Shown in pieces: positions 34,491 to 45,507 of a stretch of DNA of 64,000 nucleotides. Position numbers and translations under genes: made by a program. The notes below the pieces were generated by a model, which ran no database searches, was not told the origin of the DNA, and saw only the letters and a list, made by a program, of their open reading frames with translations. The stretch spans positions 32,001 to 96,000 of the forward strand of contig CAVPRW010000032.1 in NCBI GenBank assembly GCA_963707985.1, read 5' to 3'. Each line of letters begins with the position of its first letter. Within the stretch, counting starts at the first letter, position 1. This DNA is from an uncultured Nitrospinota bacterium (GTDB taxonomy: Bacteria > Tectomicrobia > Entotheonellia > J063 > CAVPRW01).

Positions 34491-35401
34491 GTGAGAGAGC
34501 GCAAGAAGATTTCAGGCAATGTAGTTGCGGAGGTGCTAGAAATCTCGAAACGACGATGTTGCATCTGCGTCGCTCTTCGGCATGACCTAAGCGAGAAGAA
34601 AGGACAAATTGCCGCACTTGGATCGTGATCCCTCGAACAATGATCCCGACAATCTGGCCTTCCTCTGCCTGGAGCACCACGATCAGTACGACAGCCGTCC
34701 GAGTCAGTCGAAGGGGTTCACACCAGAAGAGGTGAAGCGCTACCGGACCGCTCTACCTGGGGCGCTCACAGCAAGGCCCAGTTCCGGCCTGCCTGGATGT
34801 GCGCGTCCAGGCCAGTGCTGCGCTGGCTGGGGTGCGCCCAGGTTCGGCAGAGGCTGTTTTGGCCATTCGCGTGGGGAACTACTGCCCTAACTCGGTCTTT
34901 ATCAGGAAAATCAGCCTAGAGCTTGCGGACAGGAACACGCTGTTCTTCCCTCTCGACTATCTTACCAACGAGCTGAACACACGCCGTGAACTCAAGACAG
35001 GCGAGAGCTGCGGCTTTCATATCTCCCTTCTAGGACTCTTCAGTGATGGGCGCACTCCTGAACAGTTCGTGGGTGTCCATGCGGTTGACGACATCGACCG
35101 AACCTTCCGCTTCGAGGGAGAGGAGTTCAACAAGATCATAGAGGCGCTCTACGCGACGCACGTCCGAGTAGGCGAGGAGCATACTTTGAGCCAGGGCTTG
35201 CAAGCACCTGTGTCCTGTGGTGTTCCGGCTTCCGGGTGCAGCGAGCGCGGAAGCGGTGCAGGTCTTTGCAATAGAGCGGTGAAGAGGGTTAATTGCTCTT
35301 CTCTCCTTGCCTTCACTATGCCTTCAGCTTACAAGGACTTAATGGCAAGATTCAGGATCGTCTTGTTTTCTTACTGGACACTAGTCCTAAAATCACGATA
35401 A
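34491..35401 (+). CDS. HNH-like zinc-binding domain fused to an unknown C-terminal domain (two frameshifts)
   Basis: RKKIS...SKRRCCIC...GQIA/HLDRDPSNNDPDNLAFLCLEHHDQYD; the true 3' end is uncertain. Confidence 0.65.
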
Positions 35402-36791
35402 AGCTTCTGGATATGTTTCATGGGGTCGCCACTCGAACCCTTTGTCTGCAACATAAGTACCATGTCCTTGTCGGACAGAACCAAAATGATCTTTTTCGGA
35501 TTCGAGTCATTGTACACAGAAAAACATTTCTTTAATTGTGGTTCCTGTAGGGGCTTCCGCGTCACAATAAACCCCACGCGACCTAGCCGGTCTCCAAGAT
35601 AAGTGGCGGTCTGGTTTAAGTGCTCATTTTCCAGTGACCCGGTGTTTTTAGCTTCAAACATAATTAGAAATGAGGAATGCTCTTGACGAAGATATGCCCA
35701 AAATGACCTATCTGAATCGTTTGGTAAAAATGATGTCCCTCCGCTCTGTTCCATCATGTGTACGGACTTCCATTGAACCATCAATCAGTTCTGGATTGAA
35801 CAGGAAATTCAGGATTTCCAAAACTATGCGCTGAAAAGATGATGCGTATTCCTTACCTGTTGGAATGACTTCCAGCCGACCCTGTAATTCTATCGTTTCA
35901 GAAGACAAACTATTCTGGGCAAGATAGGGAAGGCTCGGCTGAGCTTCTGCAGCCGCCCCCTCCTTCGCTGACACGTAGCGCTCAACCCGCTCAACGTCGC
36001 GCCGTGCGATTTGGGCAACCGTCTCTTTGGAAAGCGGTCCTGACTGAACTGTCGGATCGCCTTTCTCGCTCAACCTCTGACGAACTCGCTTTGCACGAAG
36101 GTAGCTCGAAAACTCCATGCGCAGAAAGTCGTTATAATTTATCCAGGGAAGTGTTCGAACGACCCTTCGGGGGACTAGGAGAATGGGCATTCCATCGTGA
36201 GGACTCACAGGTAGATCGAAGTAGCCATCGTGCCACTCCATATCACGCCTACTCAACACGTGATGCACGGGCACGCCAGACACAAGTGAGATGTTCCACA
36301 TCCCACACTGTCTTTGTGTATAGCCGATGAGAAACTCCTTCAGGACGTTTGCAGCGATGTCGCTCACCCGGTCAGGCCCTATGTGCGCAGAATAAAGCTG
36401 CATTTCCTCTATATGTCTTACCCCCTTTTGAAGGAGGGGCTTTGAGTCCGCAAGCGTCTCTATGATGAGTTCAGTCAAGAATGTTCCTACACCTGAACCG
36501 CGTTTCCCTTTTCTTCGTATATCCAAGACCAATTTCTGGAACTTCTGGAAAGCTGAACAACCGCCGGGCCGCATTAATGTCACCTTCGCGCACATACTCG
36601 ATCCCAGCATTGAAGACCTGCAAGAGTATTAAGTGGAGATTTGATAGCTCAGGGCTCCTGCTCTTATAGAGCAAGAAGGGATCGATGCCAAGAGGCAGGT
36701 CAATCCCCATTCTTGGGATGACAAAATCTACTGCTGCTTGCGCTACACTCCGCAGCAATGGGGTATTCGGAGAAAGGTAATCCCTATTCAT
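35371..36791 (-). CDS. Hypothetical protein with C-terminal PD-(D/E)XK restriction-endonuclease-like domain (frameshifts near 36510 and 35725)
   Basis: Three ORF pieces join after removing a single extra A at each site; C-terminus FQRIVLEILNFLF...ERRDIIFTND...MFEAKN...LNQTATYL. Confidence 0.7.
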
Positions 36792-37474
36792 AGTCGTTCT
36801 CAAAATAGGCTGTTAAGTCGGTACGGTCCAGCTTGTTGAAGTCGAATCGGTGCGGGAAACTATCCGTTTGCCATGCCGACGGAACAACAACTCCCCGCTT
36901 TTTCAGTTCACCCTCATCGAGCCAATAGTCGCGCTCCGAAAACAAGTGAAGAACCCCACTTATGGCTTTGGCTTCGTTCAACAATCTCGACGTTTGTACG
37001 GACAAAGCCTGCAGTTGCTTTTCGTATCGATCAAGTCCCTGGCGAATCATTCGAAGGACGATGACTGCATCTCGATGTTGGGGATTGTCCCCTGCTGGAA
37101 TAAACTCTGCCAGTTTCTGCACGAACTGGTCACCTGCGATAAGTTGTTTCACCTCACTAATAAGATCGTTGGCCTGCACCAGCGCAAGATCAGTCAGCGG
37201 CTCCGCCGGTGCCTTCTTGCAAAGCTTGTCCAGTTCCTCATAGAGCCCCGAGGCAACGCTTTTAAGGAGTCCGAGTTGCTTGGAATTGGATGCATTTAAC
37301 TGTGCTTGGGCCTTCAGTCGAGGTACGGCAAGCGTCACCTGCTCAAGTTGGTCGAGACCTCCGTTGCATCTCCTCAGCATCGACTTCTTCCAATTCCTCC
37401 TCATCTTCGTCATCTTCTGGATAATCTTCCTCGAAACTGTCTTCAGGGGGCTGCTGGCGATTGCGCGCTGCCAT
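36784..37474 (-). CDS. Hypothetical helical protein with highly acidic N-terminus (frameshift near 37355)
   Basis: AAAGGAGGT RBS; MAARNRQQPPEDSFEEDYPEDDEDEEELEEVDAEEMQRR/LDQLEQ...; stop overlaps the nuclease start (ATGAATAG). Confidence 0.7.
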
Positions 37475-37583
37475 GGTACCTCCTTTGCCTACTTGAACCG
37501 CCACCCTTGAGAAATTCGGGCGGTATCCCGTTCCAGTAGAGGCTGCCTGTCCACTGCATCCCATTGCTGGCTGCCTTATCACG

Positions 37584-38558
37584 TTATTGGTGATTGTCCG
37601 TCTCACGTGTCACGGAAGCGAGCTGGGAGAAGTCAAGCCGGAGCAAACGCTCAATAGCGCATTCTTCACACAAACCGTCGGCTGCCAGCGCAAGCACTGT
37701 AGCTGCGTCCAATGTAGCGTTACCAGAGATTTCATGGTCTGCGGTCATGTCGTGCCACTCCACCTCGACCACTTTACTTTGAGGGGCGAGGCTGGTGTCG
37801 TCGTGCCCATCTCGAAGCGTCGTGTAAAAGCCTAACGATTGCACTCCACCAAGCAGGCAGAGGAGCTTAGAGGCAGGAAAGCCGGTATAGCGGCGTAGGA
37901 GATCAATGTTTATGTGGGCGTTATCCGGAAGCCCTGCGGGACATGCCTGCAAGAACACCATTAATACGGCTCGACGTTCGTCTGGATTCATGCGCGTCAG
38001 GGCTTTGAAGAAGTCGTAGGCGCGCCCTTTAATGTGGCTGCGTGCTCGTGTGGATCGCGCCTTCACATAGGCAAAGAGTCTGTCCGGAATTGGCGGAAAA
38101 TAGTCCTCTCTTTGGCGCTTGCCGAGTTTCTGCTCGATCAGATCAGCGAGCTTCTCAGCACTCATGCCTCGGAGATCAACTTCAGCCACAGTCGGTCGTA
38201 GGCCAGGAATCTTGGTGGAGTCGAACCGAGCAGGCAGGAGGTATTCGGCGTGCTGCCGGATCGCACGGGCTTGCGCGCTCTCGCGTTCATGATTCGTCCA
38301 GACTTTCTTCGCGTAGTGTTTCGAGGCGAAAAGAACGCAAAAGCGGGCGGCATTTTGGTACACGTCATCGAGATGGGTATAGAGGTCTTTGCCCCACAGA
38401 TCGGCTTGAGCGTACTCGTCAAAGAAGACACGCACGCCGCGAGTACGAAGCCCCTCAGCAACCTCGCGCACATAGGCCCGATCCTCGCCTGCGAAGGAAA
38501 GGCAGACATCATACTCATACGACCGAGCGGCACGACCGTCTTTAACTCTCAGACGCAT
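37584..38558 (-). CDS. TIR domain protein with uncharacterised C-terminal domain
   Basis: YDVCLSFAGEDR...VFFDEY...LWGKDL...SKHYAKKVWTNHE (catalytic-position Glu present). Confidence 0.9.
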   Translation of the reverse strand: MRLRVKDGRAARSYEYDVCLSFAGEDRAYVREVAEGLRTRGVRVFFDEYAQADLWGKDLYTHLDDVYQNAARFCVLFASKHYAKKVWTNHERESAQARAIRQHAEYLLPARFDSTKIPGLRPTVAEVDLRGMSAEKLADLIEQKLGKRQREDYFPPIPDRLFAYVKARSTRARSHIKGRAYDFFKALTRMNPDERRAVLMVFLQACPAGLPDNAHINIDLLRRYTGFPASKLLCLLGGVQSLGFYTTLRDGHDDTSLAPQSKVVEVEWHDMTADHEISGNATLDAATVLALAADGLCEECAIERLLRLDFSQLASVTRETDNHQ

Positions 38559-39219
38559 AGAGACTCCTCACAGAGACAGTGAACGGGAATAGAGGAGCAA
38601 ACGGATACTGCGGGGCCAAGCAGGCGACAACTTTTTGGGCCTCAGTTGATCACGAGGATTCTATGACGGACTCTGAAAAAGAGTAGCACCGACTCTAAAA
38701 ATTGTAAAGGGCTGACGCCAGATTTCTTTTTCGTAGTCCATCAAGAGCCCCCGCGCAGCATCTCGCGCTAGGGCACGCTGGACGGAGCGCAGCGAACCTT
38801 GGAACGGTGCATTGGCGAGGCCCGACGTGGGAACGGCTGACGAACGACGCCCCTTGCATCCCCTGAACGCCCGACCGCTGACAGCGGCGTAGGCGGGGAA
38901 TCACCCCGTCGGCGCTCGCGACCCCCAGTACTAACTCGGTAGCTCCAGGCTGCCCGTGCTCGCTGCGCTCGATTCGCGTTGATGTGTTGGTGCGTGAAGC
39001 CTGACGGGGCGGTGGAAGAGGAGAGTCTTTGCGATCGGGAGGTGAGGGCGTGGCCTCTTGCGCGTCGCCGCATGCCTGGCGGCTGCATCACGAATACAAC
39101 TGATCAACCCCCGTAATGCTGTGCCAGTGTCCTAGCGGCCATAGACGCGAACGACCAGAGGGGAGAACCCTTCTGGACTCCCCGCAGAGGCCAGAGGGCA
39201 GAGGTCAGTGTATCAACGG

Positions 39220-40493
39220 CTATGAAGCAAGGAACACCACGACCCGAAACCCGATGCTCCTGCCCCGGTTGTGCGGGTAGACCCTGCAGCGCCAGGCACA
39301 CCGCACATCTCTGCGGCCGTTGTGGAACGCGCCGCCCCGCACCACACGGTGTACCTCTCGGGCGGCTAGGTGTTCACGACCATCGTTGGCCTGTACGGAT
39401 AGGGGTTGTCTGGCTTCCGCGATTCTCGTCCCCACAGGCTCCGCGTCCACTCCCAGACGTTGCCCACCATGTCCAGCACTCTATAGGGACTGGCTCCTTC
39501 GGGGTGGGCTTCGGACACGTACGTGATCTTTCGCAAGTGGTTTTCCCCTGAGTTGCAACGTGTGGCATCCCACTGGTCGCCCCATGGGAAGATATAGCCA
39601 TCCGTGCCGCGAGCTCCCTTCTCCCATTCGGCTTCGCTGGGCAGTCCGTAAGCCTCTCCTCGTCACCGCTGACAGCCACTGGCAGTAGTCTCTGGCATCA
39701 TACCAGGTGACGTTCACCACTGGGTGATCGTCCTCTCCATGTGGGGGAGTCCTATTCGTCCGACCCGCAGGCTCATGGCGGCCAGTCGCTGTCACAAAGG
39801 TCCCGTACTGCCTCTGGGTTACCGGCGTTTTCGCCAGGTAGTAGTCCGGCAGAGAGAGGCGATGTTGGGGTTGCTCTTCTTCCAGGGCATCCTCATCATG
39901 CTGAGGGTCACTGCCCATGAGGAACTCCCCCGCAGGGATGAGGACCATCTCGGGCTCGAAGGGCTGATGAGGGGTGACAAGCTTCTGGGGCGTAAGGGAC
40001 GGGAGGCCCTCTTTTGAGCCTTCTTGCATGGGGGGAATGGGCCGACTGACTGCCTCTTTGATGCTCTGGGCAATCTTCACCAGCTCCGCATTCACCTGTG
40101 CGGGGCTCAGGGAGTCTAGCGGCTTGGCTGGGTCATTGGCGGCCTGATAGGCTGCGATGGGCGTCTCCGTGTACAGGCTGGCGCTCACCGCCACCCACAA
40201 GATCGTGAGCCCTTCCTCTTCGGCGGCCTTCAGCAGGGGCGGCAGCTCATCGTTGGCAATAAACTCTGAATAAAGGAAGTTGGGGCTCACCAAGAGCACC
40301 GCCACCTTGGCTGCCGCGAGCCCCTTCTGGATCTCCTCCCGCCACTGGCTTCCGGCTTTGATCTGGGTGTCATCCCAGACGGTGATGGTCTGCGTGCGGG
40401 TAAGGGGCGCAGCATGATCTGGAGTCGCTTCAGCCACTCCGCATCCTCATGACTATAGCTGATGAAGACTTGGGTACGCTCTGGGGCAGGCAT
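39220..40493 (-). pseudogene. TIR domain fused to FGE-sulfatase (CLec-fold) domain, multiple frameshifts
   Basis: [12 protein letters not shown]...[12 protein letters not shown]...[43 protein letters not shown]...IGFRVV. Confidence 0.85.
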
Positions 40494-41271
40494 GGGGTCC
40501 CCGTGACTGAGGCAGGCCGGAGAGGTGAACCTGATGGGCAGTGCTGCGTTGGGAGCGATTCTAGCAGACACGGGCGCTGGGGAGCAATAAGGGGTATGAG
40601 AGCGCCTGGAAACGGCAAAGAAGCGGACGAACCGCATGATGGATAAATTCGTGCGTGAAGGGAACGTCCCCGGCATGCGAGCCAGGGATGAGTACTGACT
40701 TTTCCGCTCCGTTATCACGGCCAAGATTTATGCGGCCTCCAGGGGAAAGCCCCATGAAAGTACTTGTTACTCAAGGATTTTCGCCCATGATGTCCAACGT
40801 TTCCATGTCACAGTTGACGGTCCCGAAACCCCCCGAACCCCGTTTGCCTCCCTGTCAGCTTTACCTGGGGGTACGGGTAAACGAAACCATGCCAAAAAAC
40901 GTCTTTAATTTCACGAGCTTTCATGGACCATCAGCCGCTCGCCCGTATGGATGGCGGCTTCTAACGAGGAGCGGAAAAGTCAGAGTAATTGATTTGGGCT
41001 CCTTCGGTGGCCAAATTCTGCAGTATATGTGTATATAAGGTCTGCCGCAGGTTTTGGCCACCTCCCCGAGCCGAGCGCCAGCGAGGCGAGCCACATAATG
41101 GTGAGGCCCGGACATTGAAAATTTTATTGCGCGTGTATTTGAGCTCGCTCATCTGGGAAGCCCTGGGGCGCAAGGGCTGGAGTGGAATAGTGAGCCGACT
41201 TCGATTTTTACTGCGCGGATTTTTCGGGATCTTCCCTCCAGGCGAAAAGTGCCTGCTGGGGGTCCCCCCGG

Positions 41272-42618
41272 CTTTCTGGGGTAGGTTTTTTGACGTATGA
41301 CGGTACGACACACTGGAAGAGATGACAAGACACCCCTCCGTAGGGAATCATATAGGAGGTTGCCTAAATCCCATAATCCCAAGGAGGACACCGATGTCTT
41401 GCCACCCCCGTGTGACTGAATGGACCTATACAATCCAGGGCCACCTACCCCACTTGACCAAACCGTAAGCCACGGTGCTGGCGCTGTGGAGTCTGGGCAT
41501 GGTCCTGGCCCGCTCGTGCGCCCTGCCCGCTGTCAGTGCGTTCCTGGCCCCGTGGCTGGGTCGCCAAGAGAATACCGTGCGCCAGCAGTTGCGCGAGTTC
41601 TGCTACGAAGCCGCCGCCAAACGCGGGACCGCACGCTGTGCTCTCCGTGTGGAGCGCTGCTTTGTCCCCCTGCTGGCCTGGGTCGTGAGCCTGTGGCAGG
41701 GCACCCAATTGGCCCTGGCCCTGGATGCCACCACCTTGGGCACGCGTTTTACGGTCTTGGTGGTGAGTGTAGTCTATCGCGGCTGCGCCATCCCTGTGGC
41801 CTGGGTCGTCCTGTCGGCCACGGCCACCCATGCCTGGCGTCGCGAGTGGTTGCGCCTGCTGCGCCAGGTGCACCGGGCGGTCCCCCGATCGTGGACGGTG
41901 ATCGTGCTGGCCGATCGTGGCTTGTACGCCCGCTGGCTGTTTCGGCGCATCACCCGCCTGGGCTGGCATCCATTTTTGCGCATCAACACCGGCGGAACGT
42001 TTCGTCCTGCCGGCCGCGTCCACGGGGTGCCGCTGAAGACCTTGGTGCCCCAGCCGGGCACCTCCTGGCAGGGCACGGGCATCGCCTTCAAAGGTCGCCA
42101 TCGCCAGCTCCACTGTACTCTCCTGGCGCGATGGGAGGCCGGCTACAAGGATCCGTGGTTGATCCTGACTGATCTGCCGCCGGAAGCCAGTACGGCCTGT
42201 TGGTATGGGTTGCGGGCCTGGATTGAGCAAGGCTCTAAGATCACCAAACGCGCTGGCTGGCAGTGGCAGCGCACCCACATGACCAAGCCCGACCGGGCCG
42301 CCCGCCTGTGGCTGGCCGTCGCCGTGGCCACCTTGTGGCTGCTGAGCGTCGGGGGCGAGGCGGAAGAGACCATCCCGGCGAGCACGGTCCTCGACGTCAC
42401 GGCCCTCATCTTCCAGCAACCGCGGACGCGGCGTGCCACACGCCTGCGGCTGGTGAGTGTCTTTCGCCGAGGCTGGAACCTGATCCTGGTGGCGTTGCTC
42501 GACCAGGCACCGTTGCCCCTGGGCCGCGTGAGGCCTCAGGCAGCAAGAGCGACCGGGACATGCATGAGGGGAACAATATGGGCATAATGACTACTATCAA
42601 AAAACCTACCCTAGAAAG
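41272..42618 (+). mobile_element. IS4-family-like insertion sequence with 22-bp terminal IRs and 11-bp target duplication
   Basis: IRL CTTTCTGGGGTAGGTTTTTTGA (41272-41293) and IRR (42597-42618) match 21/22; GGTCCCCCCGG repeated directly at 41261-41271 and 42619-42629. Confidence 0.92.
41394..42587 (+). pseudogene. DDE transposase (IS4-like) with an early in-frame TAA
   Basis: AAGGAGG RBS; LALDATT, VLADRGL, WYGLRAWIEQGSKITKR; TAA after ...PHLTKP. Confidence 0.85.
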
Positions 42619-43212
42619 GGTCCCCCCGGAGGGAGATACGCACTGCCCCACGCGCCCTGCTCCGCTTCGCTGCGCAGCCACTGGAACGAGGGTAGGCCGC
42701 TGTCACCATCCCCCTCACGTTCCGCGCCCAGGCGCTGAGGCCGTCTGCCGTTGGCCCACGAACGCTGGAGCCTTCGGCCTGGGAAGCCGATGAAGAGAAG
42801 GTAGGTGATTCTCCTCTTCCACAGCCTGCGCCGGAACCGGACCAGGGAGCCGGAGCCCAGGGAGAAGACCCTGAAGGGACTAGCCTCCTTCCTTGTGCTG
42901 ATCAGAGCCCGCGCCTGACTCACCAGGTTGCCCCAGGTTGAACGATCTCCCCTCAGTCCATACCCGAACACATAGCCACGAAGGAATGCCGCTTCGCGGC
43001 GATGGAGCAGAAGAAGTGATGGTAACGCTCAGTCACTCTCTATATCAGAGATTATCTCTTATTCTAATTCTGTCAGATGAACAGTATCATATTGATAGAT
43101 TGCGCTTCAAGGAATATATATAACGTATGTACGCACGCAATTGGCGTGATGTAGTGAAACAATAAAGATATTCAAGAGTCTAGGTCTGGAGTAAAGGAGG
43201 AATTAGAGAGAC

Positions 43213-43740
43213 ATGGCAACACGTAGTGTGCCCGTGTGTAGGCACGGGGAGATCGCAGCCAAGGCGATTGTGGATGAAGAGGACTTCGAGAAAGTGTGTA
43301 ACCAAGTGTGGTATCTAATGACGGATGGCAAGCATAGGAAGAGACGCTATGCGCAAGCGAGCGTCAAATCCCCTGGAGGGAAGTGGCGAACGGTGATGCT
43401 TCATCGCGTGGTCTTCGGGCTGACCGAGAGGACGCCGGACGTGGACCACGTAGACGGCGATGGATTGAACAACCGGCGCTCAAACCTGCGGCTGGCGACC
43501 AGGAGCCAGAATAACCAGAACATGTAAGCCCAACGAAAACCCGGCAAGTCGTCACGCTTCCGTGGGGTCTGCTGGAACAAGGCGAAGCAGCGGTGGCAAG
43601 CCAGGGTGAAGCTGAACGGCAAGACGGTCTTTTCTCGTTGCTTTAAGACCGAGTTAGAAGCGGTGCGAGCGGTCGCGGCAGCACGCGCTAGGTGGCACCC
43701 ATTCAGCCAAGAGGCGACGGCGTTGCTGCGCAGCGCGTAA
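43213..43740 (+). pseudogene. Phage-type HNH-AP2 endonuclease interrupted by an in-frame TAA (43525-43527)
   Basis: AIVDEEDFE...MLHRVV...VDHVDGDGLNNRRSNLRLATRSQNNQNM*AQRKPGKSSRFRGVCWNKAKQRWQARV...FKTELEAVRA. Confidence 0.88.
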
Positions 43741-43790
43741 CAGGGGGAGGGAACCTAGATGCAAATGGGCTGGTTGCCCATGCGCTGCGG

Positions 43791-44090
43791 TCAGAACAAG
43801 TGTAGTGTCGATGACATCTCAGGGGTTGGGCTCAGCCACGAGCTGAGGATCACACACCAGACAAACACCGAAACAACGATCAGCCCCTGCTGAGTGCCCA
43901 TCATCCAGATGGCTCCAAGGCTGTATGACGCCATATAGGTCAGCAGGAAAATCACCCCGAGGGCAGAACCCAGAATCAGGTGGCCTAACGGATGACTCAT
44001 CGCCAGCCCAACAACCGACCCTAAGATCACACTTAATATCAGCCCCAGAGCCAGATCCATGTTATTAAGAACATGATGAACCCACCCCAT
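43791..44090 (-). CDS. Small membrane protein
   Basis: AAAGGAGA RBS; three hydrophobic helices. Confidence 0.55.
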   Translation of the reverse strand: MGWVHHVLNNMDLALGLILSVILGSVVGLAMSHPLGHLILGSALGVIFLLTYMASYSLGAIWMMGTQQGLIVVSVFVWCVILSSWLSPTPEMSSTLHLF

Positions 44091-44262
44091 CTTGAGTCGT
44101 TCTCCTTTCCGGAGGACTCTGCAGAATTTGATCGACCATCTGTTTGGTAATATCGTCGACCTGGCGCGCCCATGCCAACGAATTCTTTTCATGCGATCGA
44201 TGAACGATTGTCATGCGAGGGCAAAGTGAGCATGCGGCAAGGAACTCGTGGAGGGAAGAGAA

Positions 44263-45507
44263 CTACTGGGGTTTCAACGTCATGGGTGTTTTGAAGGCTG
44301 CACGTCGGGTCGCAAAGATGACAGCCCCGAGGACGCAGCAGATACCACCGAGCATCAGTGTCGCGGACGCACCGATTTGGCCGGCCAGACCCCCGGCAAT
44401 TAAACTGCCCAAGGGCACCATCCCGCGCACGGACATGGTGTGGAGGCTCATCACCCGGCCGCGCTTGTCATCGTCCACAAACGTCTGCACCAGCGTATTG
44501 GCCGCGGCCAGATGGACCATCATGCCAAAGCCGGACACGAACATCATGCCACACGACAACCAGAAGAATCGTGATACGGAAAAGCCGATGAGCCCGATGC
44601 CGAAAATCGCCGCTGACACGACCAGGACGGTTCCCAAACCAAGTACACTGTCACGGGAGGCGAGAAACATCGCCCCGATCAGGGCCCCTATGCCTGCCGC
44701 ACCCATGAGGAAGCCGAGCGTCTGAGCGCCGCCCCGCAGCACTTCCTGAGCAAAAATCGGCAGGAGCGTCGCATACGGCATTCCCATGAAACTCACCACG
44801 GAAAGCAACAGCAAGACCGATCTGATCGGTGGCGATCCAAACGCATATGTCAGACCTTCACGCCATGCCTGCCAGATTTGAGGGCGTTGTGCTCGCATAC
44901 GTTTGGGGACGATAGTCATGGCCATGAGAGCCGCGATCACGGCCACGTAACTGACGGCATTGAGCAGAAAACACATGCCCTCGCCGACGGAAGCGATCAG
45001 GATGCCGGCGATGGAGGGGCCGAGCAATCTGGCGCCATTCACGATCGAGGAATTCAAGGCAATGGCGTTGCCCAGATCTTCACGAACCTCAATCATTTCG
45101 ACGATCAGCGCCTGGCGGATCGGTGTGTCGAAAGCATTGACGATGCCCAGAAACAGACTTAGAAGGACGAGATGCCAGACGGCGATGACATTCGTCAGGA
45201 CCAGTGCAGCGATCACGGCCGCTTGAACCATGGCCATGACTTGCGTGACGACCAGCAAGCGATGACGGTCGTAGCGGTCGGCGATCACCCCGGCAAATGG
45301 CGTGAACAGGAGCGTGGGAGCCTGGCTGGTAAAATTGACCACGCCCAACAACAGGGCAGAACCCGTCAGCCGATAGACCAACCAACTCATCGCCACGCGC
45401 TGCATCCACGTGCCGATCAATGAGATGCCCTGGCCTGCGAAAAACAGCCGATAATTTCGATGGCGGAGGGCACGACCGATGCGCTGTAGCATCATGCGGT
45501 GTCTCAC
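44263..45507 (-). CDS. MFS transporter (MFS_3/DUF894-like)
   Basis: ALRHRNYRLFFAGQGISLIGTWMQ, GVIADRYDR, RGRVMSL; about 12 TM helices. Confidence 0.93.
   Translation of the reverse strand: MRHRMMLQRIGRALRHRNYRLFFAGQGISLIGTWMQRVAMSWLVYRLTGSALLLGVVNFTSQAPTLLFTPFAGVIADRYDRHRLLVVTQVMAMVQAAVIAALVLTNVIAVWHLVLLSLFLGIVNAFDTPIRQALIVEMIEVREDLGNAIALNSSIVNGARLLGPSIAGILIASVGEGMCFLLNAVSYVAVIAALMAMTIVPKRMRAQRPQIWQAWREGLTYAFGSPPIRSVLLLLSVVSFMGMPYATLLPIFAQEVLRGGAQTLGFLMGAAGIGALIGAMFLASRDSVLGLGTVLVVSAAIFGIGLIGFSVSRFFWLSCGMMFVSGFGMMVHLAAANTLVQTFVDDDKRGRVMSLHTMSVRGMVPLGSLIAGGLAGQIGASATLMLGGICCVLGAVIFATRRAAFKTPMTLKPQ

Noticed and set aside
33300..39200. Integron cassette array
   Set aside because: No integron integrase and no repeated attC with RYYYAAC...GTTRRRY boundaries could be identified; gene orientations are mixed.
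38600..41270. Complete DGR or retron around the TIR-FGE gene and the inverted repeats
   Set aside because: No reverse transcriptase ORF and no AAC-rich template repeat matching the FGE C-terminus were found in the window.
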